64,000 bases of DNA, taken from Octopus vulgaris. Taxonomy: Eukaryota. The stretch lies in NCBI GenBank assembly GCA_951406725.2, contig OX597817.1:80848001-80912000 (forward strand). Direction: 5' to 3'. The position numbers and the translations under genes were made by a program. Positions within the stretch are counted from its first letter, which is position 1. Each line of letters begins with the position of its first letter. Below the pieces are notes generated by a model. The model saw only the letters and a program-made list of their open reading frames with translations. It was not told where the DNA came from and did not search any database. Of this stretch, positions 1 through 12,824 are shown one piece after another.

Positions 1-40
1 TTTATGCGTTTTGTGGTTTTTATCATTTATCTCTTAACGT

Positions 41-240
41 TTACTTGTTTCAGTCATTGGACTGTGGCCATGCTGGGGCTCCACATTGTAGGGTACTAGA
101 CGAACGGATCGACCCCAGTACCAATTTTCTTTTGTTTCAAGCTGGTGCTTATTCTATTGGTTAGTTTTGCCGAACTTTTAAATCACATGAACATAAGCAA
201 ACCAACACATTGCCAAGGGGTGAAGGAACAAATGCAAACT
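41..240 (-). mobile_element. tRNA-derived SINE family A, 3' part
   Basis: Contains the recurrent block TTTCAGTCATT..GGCCATGCTGG..ATCGACCCCAG..TATTCTAT..TTTTGCCGAAC, seen more than 12 times in this window. Confidence 0.75.
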
Positions 241-336
241 CTCATACGTACACGCACACACATACGTATAAATAAATAAATAAATAAATAAATAAATATG
301 TACATACATACATACATACAAATATATTCATATATA

Positions 337-974
337 CGAGAAGTCAAAAGTTATCCTCAGTTTCGCCATAACATATCTTTGTAATTGTCACACTGCCTTC
401 TGCGCATGCGTGCTTATACTTGTTACTGTTGTTGTCACGTGATTGAAGTTTGGGCCTGATCGCGCCATTTTTCTTTCTGGCTCTACACTGTAAATATGGC
501 CGCTCCACCAGCACTGAGCACCCAGGAAGAACAAAGAGCAGTGATCCGATTTCTCTAGTCGTACAGTGAGTCAAGTGCTGAAATTCATCGGAGCACAATA
601 CAGGGGTAGTGCACTACCATGTAAAAGTGTGTATGAGTGAACCGAGAAGTTTAAAAGTGACCGGACAAGCGTGACGCACGAGGAGGGAGCCGGATGCCCG
701 TCAACCTTCACCACAGGTGAAGATTCAACAAGCTCGAGAGATTCACCATTACTATCTCTCGGATCACTGCTCGTTGTCCTTCTTTCGTGCTCATTGCTAG
801 TGGCGCGACCATGCTTACAGTGTAAAACCAAAAAGAAAAATGACGCAATCAGGCGCAAACTTCAATCACGTGACCACAATAGTACCAGCTATAAGCACGC
901 ATGCGCAGAAGACAGTGTGTCAATAATAAAGATATGTTATGGTGAAAGTGCGGATAATTTTTGACTTCCCCTCG
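337..974. mobile_element. Fold-back mariner-derived MITE with ~215-bp inverted arms
   Basis: Termini are TA|CGAG..AAGTCAAAA and TTTTGACTTCCCCTCG|TA. Arm 337-550 is an imperfect reverse complement of ~760-974. TA is duplicated at both ends. Confidence 0.85.
496..730 (+). pseudogene. Mariner transposase N-terminal HTH remnant (frameshifted)
   Basis: Translates across frames as MAAPPALSTQEEQRAVIRF..AEIH..QYRGSALPCKSVYE*TEKFKSDRTSVTHEEGAGCPST, a typical mariner N-terminus ending in a GRP-like motif. Confidence 0.8.
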
Positions 975-987
975 TATATATGAATGT

Positions 988-1184
988 ATTTGTTTCAGCT
1001 ATTTGGCTACGGCCATGCTGGAGCACCGACTTTGGTCAAACAAATCGACCCCAGGACTTATTCTTTGTAAGCCTAGTACTTATTCTATCGGTCTCATTTG
1101 CCGAACAGCTGAGTTATGGGAACGTAAACACACCAGCATCGGTTGTCAAGAGATGACGAGGGACAAACACAGACACACAATCAT

Positions 1185-1261
<77 letters not shown>

Positions 1262-1288
1262 CATATAACACAGCTATGCCTGCGCCTA
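988..1288 (-). mobile_element. SINE family A with internal (GATA)n
   Basis: Family A tail at 988-1180, (GATA)n at 1186-1260, and the head end CACAGCTATGCCTGCGCC. Confidence 0.8.
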
Positions 1289-2173
1289 TGCACAGCCGAC
1301 ATTGTAGGGTATTTGTGAGAGATCTGGCCAGTTTGAACATAAAACAGATTGATTTAATTGAACTGTACAATGCTAAAAGGTGAACTAGAGATTGACTCTG
1401 CAATTAATATCTTATTATCGTTTTTCTATAGCTGCATATATTTTAATGATAGACAGAACTGAAAGAGATACAGCTAGCCACTAAACATAGAAGAAAATAA
1501 ACCCAGTTTGCTGTCATTTGTGTGATTGAATAATTAGCTCGCACTAAAGTTTCGAGTTCAACCTCTACTGAAGGTAACATTTAAAGAACGGCAGGAAAAC
1601 ACATAGGAGTCACTACCTAGATGGACTCGGCTCCCTTAGAGTGACAGGAACTAACAGGCTGAAACATTTGTTTGACGAGTGTTCTTGCTCTGAAGATTTC
1701 TGCTGCTGTCCGCTTGCCCCGTATTATATTTCCACCTATTATACACTGAGTTATATCCTTGAGCAAAGCACCTCATTTCATATTTCTCCACTTTATTCCG
1801 CTAAAAGTGAATACCAGCCGAGTGGTGGTACAGATCTCCTTACAGCTAACACCTGGATGTGCCACTGAATGAAATGTTGGAAGGGTCGAAAGGATGACAA
1901 GGACTATTGGTGATTACATAAGCACATAAAACAGTTAGCGAAACCTTGGCATGTTACCAAGCTATTCTCGGTCTCGATTGAAGGCCAGCTCTTTATTTCT
2001 TTACCACCACGTCTAGGAAATATTTTAGAGAATTATAGTCGAAACAGTTCTTTGAATCGAAAGTTAAGAAGCAAAATTAGCTCCAAAGGGATTTGAACTA
2101 AAAACACAAGGAAATGTAACTAAAGCAAATTAGATACACAATTTTTTATCCTTTAGCTGTAACTTGTTTGAGT

Positions 2174-2555
2174 GGAGACGCAATGGCCCAGTGGTTAGGG
2201 CAGCGGACTCGCGGTCATAGGATCGCGGTTTCGATTCCCAGACCGGGCGTTGTGAGTGTTTATTGAGCGAAAACACCTAATGTTCCACGATCCTCCGGCA
2301 GGGGTTGGTGGTGATCCCTGCTGTACTTTTTCACCACAACTTTCTCTCACTCTTACTTCCTGTTTCTGTTGTACCTGTATTTCAAAGGACTGGCCTTGTC
2401 ACTCTCTGTGTCACGCTGAATATCCCCGAGAACTACGTTAAGGGTACACGTGTCTGTGGAGTGCTCAGCCACTTACACGTTAATTTCACGAGCAGGTTGT
2501 TCCGTTGATTCGGATCAACCGGAACCCTCGTCGTCGTAACCGACGGAGCGCTTCC
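2174..2555 (+). mobile_element. tRNA-derived SINE family C, full length, nested in a family A copy
   Basis: A box TGGCCCAGTGG and B box GGTTTCGATTCC. Flanked by TSD AACTTGTTTGA(G/A)T at 2161-2173 and 2556-2568. Confidence 0.9.
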
Positions 2556-2784
2556 AACTTGTTTGAATCACTGGAGTACGGGCATGCTAGAGCAAAGCAC
2601 TGCCTTGAAGGGTTTAATCGAACAAATCGTACTAGTACTTATTTTTTAAGCCTGGTACTTATTCTATTAGTTTCTTCTGCCGAACCGCAAGCTTACAGAG
2701 ATGTAAACAAACGCCCGTTGTCAAGTGGCTGTGGGGTACAAACATCAACACAAGGATATACATACACACACAACACACCCCGCC

Positions 2785-2832
<48 letters not shown>

Positions 2833-2976
2833 ACATATATATATGGGCGTCTTTCAGTTTCCATCTACCAAGTCCACTAAAATTTGGTAAATGGAAACTG
2901 AAAGAAGGTCCCCTAAAGTACCATGCCGTGGGACTGAATCTATGACCAGTGATTGGGAAGTAAACTTCTTATCACA
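2556..2976 (-). mobile_element. SINE family A (diverged) with internal microsatellite
   Basis: Family A tail, TA/TG tract, then TTTCAGTTTCCATCTACCAA and GTGGGACTGAA head motifs. Confidence 0.7.
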
Positions 2977-3879
2977 CAAAATTTTGATATCGATCTAAGT
3001 TTTTGACTGTTATTTTATTTTTATAGAGAAAAAAATGGCAAAGTTTACATCTAAGGGATTTGAACCCAGAATGTAAAGATTCCTATCTAAATGTCATAAA
3101 AACGATTCTCCTTGTCCAAAGACCAGAACGACGTAATAAATATTGAGACAATTCTACCAAATACAGAACACAGATGACCTATATTTAAAAGGAGAACTAA
3201 CTGGGATATTGCAACGTTTCATGCCTTCTTTTTGTAAAATTATCATGGCTGTAATGTGATACGGAAATCGTTACTGCCTCCAGCGCCAGTTTGCCTGGAG
3301 CTTTTGGTGTTTACCTATAACTTTATAGCACACACTGAATAAATCAATAAATATTACAGTGTATTAGTATAACAATATACGTATGTTATTGCCTCCGAAT
3401 AACTTGTGTTCAATGGGTGATATATATTTCGGAACATCGTAGCAAATCATATGTGTAACAGGAATGCAGATGTTTGGATATTATTAAATACACAGTCAAC
3501 TTGGTGAATTGAATAAAGTATATTGCTTAATAAAAATTGATTGTTGAATATCGTTGAGGAATTGTATAAAAATAGAATTTCCTTTAAACATTTTTCTTTG
3601 GGACGTACATTGATTAAAGTAGACTGAAAAAGTTATTGCGAAGTAAATATAAGTATTATTAGTTTGATTTCTATACATATTTCTGTATGTACTGCGAAAG
3701 AACTACTCGTCAAGATGTTAACTTATAAAAAAAAATTACAAAATGTTTATTAATTTCATTTTCGCAGTGAGTGAAAACTTTTAAGAATATGCGAAATTAA
3801 GTGAAATTCTTTCTTTAGGTTCACTGAGTACTTGGTAAGTTTGTTCTGTCAAAGAAAGAATTCAGAGATAAAAAAAATA

Positions 3880-4115
3880 CCCCATAACATTAGAATGGTA
3901 CCGAGACAAATTCCTCTAAGATATACCAGACAGACACCAACACCCGGATACAGTTTGGCAAACAACAACTCACTATTCTAGTGGGCTATGGTGTCCGAAC
4001 AATTTAAACGATTAAACCTACCAATGGTGTCCTAACACTTTAAAAAATTACTCCAGATGGTACTTTTAAGTTGGACATGTCCTAAGCCAATAATCGCTCG
4101 AACCTATCTAAACTA
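3880..4115 (+). mobile_element. CR1-like LINE 3' fragment
   Basis: Decayed peptide DKFL..IPDRH.TPGYSLANNNSL..WA resembles the CR1 ORF2 C-terminus (DKFL..IPD.P..PGY..NSL). Confidence 0.45.
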
Positions 4116-4211
4116 TGAGGGTCATATACTTCTTTTCCTTTTTTTATTTTCACCCCCACCCCCATGTATAAAAGACAACTAATTCGCTGTTTAATATTAT
4201 CTATAGTCAAG

Positions 4212-5170
4212 AGGGCGAGCTGACAGAAACGTTAGCACGCTGCGCGAAATGCGTAGCCTTGTTTCGTCTGCCGTTACGTTCTGAGTACAAATTCCGCCGA
4301 GGTCGACTTTGCCTTTCATCTTTTCGGGGTCGATAACTGGTATTTATACCAGTTACGCACTGGGGTCGATGTAATCGACTTAATCCGTTTGTCTGTCCTT
4401 GTTTGTCCCCTCTGTGTGTAGCCCCTTGTGGGTAGTAAAGAAATAGGTATTTCCTCTGCTGCTTCGTTCTGAGTTCAAATTCCGCCGAGGCCGACTGTGC
4501 CTTTCATCCTTTCGGGGTAGATGAATTAAGTACCAGTTATGCACTGGGGTTGATGTAATCGTCTTAATCCCTCTGTCTGTCCATGTTTGTCCCCTCTATG
4601 TTTATCTCCTTGTGAGCAATAAAGAAATAAATATTATCTGTTGTCAATTTTCCATTCACGGTTCATTGAAAGACAATTAATGTCGGGCCGACATTATAAT
4701 ATTTACTTACACTTAAGACGGTGCGCAGGCAAAATCGTTAGCTCGAAGGGCAAAATGCTCCGCGGCATTTCGTCCATCTTTACACTCTGCGCTCAAATTC
4801 CGCCGAGGTCCACTTTGCCTTTCATCGACTTTAGGCCGATAAAATAACTACCAGTTAAACACTGGAGTCAATATCATCGACTTACACCTACCCCAAAATT
4901 GCTGGCCTTGTGCCAAAACTTGAAACTAATGTTTACTTAAACCTAAGGCAGTAAGGTGGCGATGTCTTTAGCACGCCGACCAAAATGCATTGTGGCATTT
5001 CGTCCGTCTTCGCGTTCTGAGTTCGTATTCCACCGAGGCCCACTTTGCCTTTCAGCCTTTCGAGGTCGAGTAAATAAGTACTAGTTGAGTACTGGGGTCG
5101 ATTCGTTCGGCTAAAACCCTTCAAGGTAGTGCTCCAGCATGGCTACAGTCCAATGACTGAAACGAATGAA
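4212..5170 (+). mobile_element. Cluster of three SINE family B copies; the first has an internal duplication, the last carries a family A tail
   Basis: Repeated GTTCTGAGTTCAAATTCCGCCGAGGTCGACTTTGCCTTTCATC..GGGGTCGAT near 4280, 4468, 4790 and 5015. The family A tail GTGCTCCAGCATGGC..GACTGAAAC lies at 5129-5163. Confidence 0.85.
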
Positions 5171-5454
5171 AGCTATAAGGAATTCATTTTAACCTGGAGC
5201 TCTACTGTTTCTCGTTTCCTTTTCATTGGACAAGCAGTCTCATATTTATTACTATTGATCAAGTGCTATTATAAAGTTTACAAATAAAATATATAATCAG
5301 CTAAATCACTCCAACATGCATAACTAGTAATTATTTTATCGATCCCTGAAAGTATGTAAGGCAATGTTGGTATTTGTTAGATTTGAAATCATTACCGTAT
5401 ATTCACAAAACTAAATACTATAAGTAACTTCAGTGACATTTTACTGTTATGATT

Positions 5455-5995
5455 AATTCACTGCATCGGCCCTCTGCATTCTCCTCTATGAAACAGACAT
5501 ATGCTCCCACCCGAAGGCCCTGGCAAAGAGGATCGCCGGCTCCCATAGCAGGGCCCAGAGAATCATCGAGAAGATCAGATGGTACCATCATGTTTCCAAC
5601 AAAGGAAAGCTTTCGCGCACATATCAGCAAGCAGCCTCCCACGTCATAGCTATCCGTCGCATGCGCTGGTACGGACATATCCTCCGTTTCCTTCAAGATC
5701 ATCCTACCAGAGTTTTACTCTTCTTCGACGCAGCAGCGACGAGCTGAGAGAGGTTCCATGCCAGGGCCCGCACCAGATGGTTGGACGTGATTGGGTAAGA
5801 TCTCCAGATGTTCGAAATCACCTTGAATAATGCAGAGGGGCTTATACGAGACTGCCAGCGACGGAGAGCACTGCTGAACTTGGTCGGCTCTATGCATGAT
5901 GATGACTTTGGGACTACTAACTTGGAATGACGCCAGCTCCATCAAGCAAGAGCATGAAGCCAAACAAGAAGCCAGAAGCCAACCATTCTCAGATA
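5455..5995 (+). mobile_element. RTE-clade LINE 3' fragment
   Basis: Frameshifted peptide IRWYHHVSNK..RWYGHILR..HPTR..RARTRWLDVIG.DL..QRWRAL matches the RTE ORF C-terminus. Confidence 0.75.
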
Positions 5996-6689
5996 ATAAC
6001 AAACCAGAGTGTTATCCTATTCCATCACCGTTACCACGATATATTGACGTCAAAACATAGCTACGTTGATACACCAGCGTATTGTAGATTGCAACTCTTA
6101 TAATGTTTTGTTCAGGCAAATGCGAGCCTTCAACAGAGTTTCCGCTGTGGTGAATTTTTCCTTGGTTTTCTTATTCAACCGTTGTCTTTCGAAATAGTCA
6201 AACATTGAAGCCATTCCCAGATGTAATAAAAAGTTACATCTAAACATTGAATTTATATTTGCACGGTAGACATCTATTTGTTTGTGGTTTAAAGTGGCAA
6301 ATTCCTTGGTAGCTGGTAGGGGTGCTAACTACAGTTTTGCGAAAACAAAATCAGACCTTAAACCTTAAAACTGAACCTGAGAATTAAACAACAGCCAGAT
6401 ACAATTTCAAAGACAAGCACTCGCAATTTAAAAAGCAAAAAGATATTGCGAAAACGATAATTTTAATGACAAAATCAATGGAAGAATTACAACTAATAAT
6501 GAAACCACGACCCACAATAGCAATTCATATTTTGCTAGTGTTGCAGGTATATAAACTGAGGATGAAGCGCAAGAGCAAGTTAAAATCTACAATATACGAG
6601 AGTTTAACTTGTTCTCCTGACCAGAAGAAGTTACCGCTGTGCATAAACGGGGTAAATACAAAGTTCACAGACATTAAATATTATTGAGA

Positions 6690-6818
6690 ATTGTATTAAA
6701 AAATGTTAAAAGATTTATTGTTTTGTAGAAGTATAACCAAATTATTGCAGATAAATTTTAACAACAAAACCTTATGTGGGCCCTCAAGAACCATATAAAC
6801 CCAAGTTGAGAACGACAG
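6690..6818 (-). mobile_element. hAT (Charlie-like) MITE end fragment
   Basis: The reverse complement CTGTCGTTCTCAAC..GAGGGCCCACATAAG resembles the left end of the MITE at 53850. Confidence 0.4.
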
Positions 6819-7292
6819 GGTTAAACTGTAATTTATCGCTGGTGCATTATTTCAGTAAGAAGCAGGGCGAGAGACACCAGATGATACCTGTGAGATTTGA
6901 ACCTGAGATCAACGCCCAATGGCTTTAGATATCTCTACCACCCATTTCTGCTCTGACGTAATATTATCCAATCAAATCATTGTTGCTATTTCATAATGTT
7001 GTCGCTAAGTATAATACATTGTTATAACCAGTATAGCATATTGGCCGGGGTGGGGGGGCTCCATTCATTTCACTAACCACTCACACTCACACACACACAC
7101 TTCCACAACAAAATTAGTCTGGAGCAATAGATTGAAATAAATCAGATTATGTATATAGGTGGGTGTTTATATGTGTGTGTATGTGTACATATATATGCAT
7201 AAATATATATGTATCAAATAATATTTCATATGCATATGTATATATACATACAAATATACATATAATTACGTATGTAACTATAAAGTACGTGC

Positions 7293-7350
<58 letters not shown>

Positions 7351-8029
7351 ATGTGTGCAAGACACAAAGTTGTGTGCATGTAAGTATATATATGTGTGTA
7401 AGACAAAGTTGTGTACGTATAAAGATAGGTTGATAAATAAGATAGATAGATATACTGCGTGTTATGTACATGTCTGTATACGTGTGTGTATGTAAGTGTG
7501 AAGTAGGATACGTATATAAACGTGCTTGTATACTCACATGCATGCATGCATGTATGTGAATATCCTTCTGATCGTGCTCTCACAATACGCAGCAAATTGC
7601 ACTCAGACACTACACTAAACACATACAAGTTTATATATCACATAGAGATGTACACCGTTGTATGCAAATATGTACATATATGCCTTTATACAATCACATA
7701 CACACAAACGCATATGTATGTATGCCATTATTCAGTGTTATCTCAAGATTTTTCGCCAATAGAGAAAGAGCCGGTTTCTAACCTAGATCCCAGGCTCCTT
7801 CATTGAAATTTCAACGTCAGTAGTGTATTTTTGTATGTATTATGTATGTACGTATGTATGTATGTATGTATGTATGTATGTATGTACGTATGTATGTATG
7901 TATGTATGTACGTATGTATGTATGTATGTATGTATGTATGTATGTATGTATGTATGTATGTATGCATGTGTGTATGTATGCGTCTTTATCTTTATGGCTG
8001 TAAGTAGTTATATGTATCTATGTACATCC

Positions 8030-8096
<67 letters not shown>

Positions 8097-8098
<2 letters not shown>

Positions 8099-8362
8099 GA
8101 CGCAGGAATGGCTGTGTGGTAGCTTGCTTAGTAACCACTTGGTTCCGGGTTCAGTGTGTGTTCGTGTGTTTTTGTTCTCCCAACATCGCTTGAAAAACCA
8201 ATACTGGTGTGTTTACGTCCCCGTAACTTAGCGGTTCAGCAAAAGAGACCGATAGAATAATTACTAGGCTTACAAAGAATAAGTCCTGGGGTCGATTTGT
8301 TCGACTAGAGGAGGTGCTCCATCATGGCCGCAGTCAAGTGACTGAAACAAGTAAAAGAATAG
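8097..8362 (+). mobile_element. SINE family A (internal deletion)
   Basis: Head GCAGGAATGGCTGTGTGGTA..GGTTCCGGGTTCAGT is joined to the family A tail ending GACTGAAACAAGTAAAAGA. Confidence 0.85.
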
Positions 8363-8404
8363 AATTTAAAAAAATGAATATATATATATATAATACGTGT
8401 ACAA

Positions 8405-8466
<62 letters not shown>

Positions 8467-9192
8467 TATAATATAAAATGGGACAAGAACGCAAAATATC
8501 CGGACAACTAGGTCATTCAAAAAGGGACAACAAAACATCCAGATAGACGATAGAAAGAAAACAAGGACGGGTCATTCGAAGTTTTCTATCTTCAGTCAAG
8601 AACCAGATTATCCTCGCAATTTCTGGACTAACGGGTATATGCCGATTAGCGTGTTGAAGTGTTGGGAAGAGGACTGACACAGTTTGGGCCACCTAGTGTC
8701 ATTCGCAGTCGGGGTATATTTCCGTTGGATCTACTTCAGGAACTCCGCAGTGTTAGTTGAGATAATGATAATAAGTTCTTAAGTAACCAGATGGATTTGG
8801 TATTAATCTTTATTTTGTACAACGGTCGTGTCGACCCATCCTGCTACTGTCCCTTATGGGTGGATCTCCGTTCAGCATGTTGTGTTGCATCAATTTTGCA
8901 ATCTGGGTTTCGTCAGGTACATCCATATATAAAGTCGTGTCTTGCTAAATATCCTGAGTTTTGGCTGTCATGTTGTTATGTGCCCGTCTGGTTAGCGTAT
9001 GAAACAATGCTGCAATTTTCAATTACTGTTATCTTTCTTCAAGAGTTGCAAACACTTGTAAATATAGACAAATAATTGTAGATAAAAAAAAATTGTAGGC
9101 GAGGGAATGGATGGACAGGGACTGTGGTTACTGTGAAAATCTATATATATCTGGCCTATACAGGAAGTCCCTCAGCGAAGAACGGTGCTTGC

Positions 9193-9235
9193 CATGCGCT
9201 GACAAGAGGCAAATACCTCGAAACCGGTCCGAGTG
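9193..9235 (+). ncRNA. Minimal type I hammerhead ribozyme, copy 1 (G8A core variant)
   Basis: CATGCG-CTGACAA-GAGG caaata CCTC-GAAA-CCGGTC^-CGAGTG gives stem I, core, stem II, GAAA, a palindromic stem III and a GUC site. Confidence 0.7.
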
Positions 9236-9552
9236 TAGCATCCGTATCTTCGGTGAGGCTGATCTCCCTTTGCAGGCTAGCAAGGACACCGTGATGGTGT
9301 CGGCTCTTCTGGTGACGTCGATAGTCGCCTGGGGCTAAATGCATCAGTAACACCCCCACCACCCCGCCCTGTCCCTAGCCACATTCAGATGGATGATCCC
9401 GCTTATATTATAGAGCAGTTACTGTTTATACCTCGCTCAGAGATTTATTATTGTTATCGAACGGATTTTCTACGCCAGTGACTGTGGTTACTGTGAAAAT
9501 CTATATATATCTGGCCTGTACAGGAAGTCCCTCAGCGAAGAACGGTGCTTGC

Positions 9553-9595
9553 CATGCGCTGACAAGAGGCAAATACCTCGAAACCGGTCCGTGTG
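9553..9595 (+). ncRNA. Minimal type I hammerhead ribozyme, copy 2 (G8A core variant)
   Basis: Same layout as copy 1. Stem I CATGCG/CGTGTG pairs fully with two G-U wobbles. Confidence 0.75.
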
Positions 9596-9912
9596 TAGCA
9601 TCCGTATCTTCGGTGAGGCTGATCTCCCTTTGCAGGCTAGCAAGGACACCGTGATGGTGTCGGCTCTTCTGGTGACGTCGATAGTCGCCTGGGGCTAAAT
9701 GTATCAGTAACACCCCCACCACCCCGCCCTGTCCCTAGCCACATTCAGATGGCTGATCCCGCTTATATTATAGAGCAGTTACTGTTTATACCTCGCTCAG
9801 AGATTTATTATTGTTATCGAACGGATTTTCTACGCCAGTGACTGTGGTTACTGTGAAAATCTATATATATCTGGCCTGTACAGGAAGTCCCTCAGCGAAG
9901 AACGGTGCTTGC

Positions 9913-9955
9913 CATGCGCTGACAAGAGGCAAATACCTCGAAACCGGTCCGTGTG
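9913..9955 (+). ncRNA. Minimal type I hammerhead ribozyme, copy 3 (G8A core variant)
   Basis: Identical to copy 2. Confidence 0.75.
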
Positions 9956-10187
9956 TAGCATCCGTATCTTCGGTGAGGCTGATCTCCCTTTGCTAGCAAG
10001 GACACCGTGATGGTGTCGGCTCTTCTGGTGACGTCGATAGTCGCCTGGGGCTAAATGCATCAGTAACACCCCCACCACCCCGCCCTGTCCCTAGCCACAT
10101 TCAGATGGCTGATCCCGCTTATATTATAGAGCAGTTACTGTTTATACCTCGCTCAGAGATTTATTATATATATATATATATATATGA

Positions 10188-10242
<55 letters not shown>

Positions 10243-10973
10243 CGTGTGTGTATACACAACAAAAACAACATATTATGAAGCCGCTCTTACTTCCAAGTGA
10301 CACTTGAGAGTCCTGCTGTACTTAACCTATGGCACTTCTGATCGAACTGAGGCCTCAAATCAAAGGCATTTTACCCTCGGCCAACCTAATATCTATTGAT
10401 TCAGATTTGAATTACAGTATCCTCTGTTTCATTGATGCTTTACTATGCTATGAGTGAAATTTAGTTTCTATTTCTAACATGTTTATTAACCACGTGAAGA
10501 ATATATATTTCTTTCCTTGTTTTAGTGAAATTCGCCAGTGTAGGTCAACTAGTAAATTTATTAGAGCGTTATTTGCAAAACATCGAGATGAGAGTATTAT
10601 CCAATGCCTTACGTTCGAAACCTGCGGCAGACAGCTCTACATTTTGTCCTTTTAGGAATTGTTAATCAAAGTATTGGTGAATTATGGAATGGTGAGAAAG
10701 TAGGACGAGGTTCCTTCAAGTATATTAGCTCCCGTTTCTTTCCTTTTGATACTTAGCTGCCGTTTTCTTTCTTTTGGACAAAATTGGTTACGCGGGAAGA
10801 AGAGACCGGCATGCCTGGCCAACTACTGGATGTCCTTAACAAAAATCTTGCTCCGTCCAACATCCAGGGGAATGGAAATTTCTAGATGAAGATCCTTGGT
10901 TTAATGAATCATACGGAAGCCAAAGATTTTTTCTGTATCACACGTTCACATGCTCACGTACTTTCATACACTA

Positions 10974-11039
<66 letters not shown>

Positions 11040-12474
11040 ACTCGCTCTCATATATAAATTCACGCACACACATCATCCTAGTCTAAGTAACCTAAATTAC
11101 TACGTTTCTTTCATATATATGTAGGTGGTCAGCTCCAACAGGCAAATAGCAGAGCGCGATGAAAAGATGGAGAAGTAAAAATATTAAATCGGTTGATGTT
11201 TGGCACCAGATGATGAGAGACGTCAGTTTAAAATGGCAGACAGGCAGCTAAAGAACTCATCAAACAAAATAAGACTAGCAGCGAATGAATGTGTGAGTGT
11301 GTATTCATGTATTTGTGTATGCGGATGTGCATTCTGTAAATGCAGTAGATATGTGTGTGTGAGTGTGTGTGTGTGTGTGTATGCATCGAAGGGTATGTAT
11401 ATGTATATATTTACATACGTTTGCGTTCACGCGGACACCGCCTCACACACGTATATAGAGAAAATTACATACATATATATATATATATATATATTATAAT
11501 ATTACAAAGCCGATAATATATGCATATATATATGTAATACATATGAATATGTGCATATATATGTATGTGTACCTATGTATGTGTATATATATATATATAT
11601 ACATACATACATACATAATACATACATACACATGTATATGTGTATGTGTGTTTGATATGTGTGTATGTATATACATATACACATACATACGTATACATAC
11701 CTATATATATATACACATATACATACACATATATGTGTGTGCGCGTGTATGTATGTGTGTGTACGCATGTACATCCATACTTACATACACACATACATAT
11801 ACTTATGTGCATATAATATGTACAAAAGACCAGCCGTTAATGGTTTAGCGTTTGACGATAACTTCAGATGAAGATAAGGAAAGACAGACGTTGTTGACTA
11901 ATGAAAGGTGACAACTGAAGGAGAGCAAGTGATAATTGCTGACAGCCGACACGAAGATGGCTGACAGCAATTTATGATACCTGTATGCAGACGATGAGAG
12001 CTAATATCATAAGACATTTGTTAACAGAAAGACGATTATAGCTAACGTGATGATATGAGTCAATTGAAACCGGGTGACCTTTTGAAAAGAGTTCTTTCTT
12101 TGCCCTTCGTTATTTAAGAATAAAAACAAGTAAACATGAGTCTTAGTTGAAATGTTGAATAGAAAAAGACTAATTCTGCAATAGTTTCGTAAAACCGGTA
12201 CACATTTGGAGTGTCTAAACCCGATATCTTCTTAATTACTTGAAGAAAATTCAGTATATTGGATTGAATAAATGAATGTTGTGTTAACTACACATTTAAA
12301 TAGTTATGATTTGTGGTAAATGTTTGAATTATAAATCTACATATTTATTCATACAACTCCTGTACCTAGACACGCTCGTATATGTACTATTATAAGAATA
12401 TGTATAAACGTATCATTACGCACACACGCAACGCACACACGTACAAATATACAAGAAAATTGCCTTGTGTGTGT

Positions 12475-12529
<55 letters not shown>

Positions 12530-12719
12530 CAAGTGTGAGTGTTGGATTCAAGTAGTTGCATAGAAAGTGGGTTCCAAATATGTTTATGAAAATCATTATA
12601 TTTTGTCGTGCAACACCAAAATTCACTCGTGAATTTTTAATCGGATATTTGGCTATGGGAAATTACCAGGGGCCATAGGTCTGCTGCTTGAAATTAAAGT
12701 GATGTATATTGAGGTACAT

Positions 12720-12760
<41 letters not shown>

Positions 12761-12788
12761 AACTCATACACACACACATATATATGCA

Positions 12789-12824
<36 letters not shown>

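Larger units (their letters stand above)
9120..10166 (+). repeat. Tandem array of ~2.9 units of 360 bp, each with a minimal hammerhead ribozyme (retrozyme/Penelope pLTR-like)
   Basis: Units start at 9120, 9480 and 9840. They differ by only a few substitutions and one 4-nt deletion in unit 3. The array ends in (TA)n. Confidence 0.95.

Noticed and set aside
9120-10166. CRISPR-like array, or repeated small ORFs (MVGVLL.., MLSNGF..)
   Set aside because: Whole 360-bp units repeat with no unique spacers, the context is eukaryotic, and the ORFs shift frame in unit 3.
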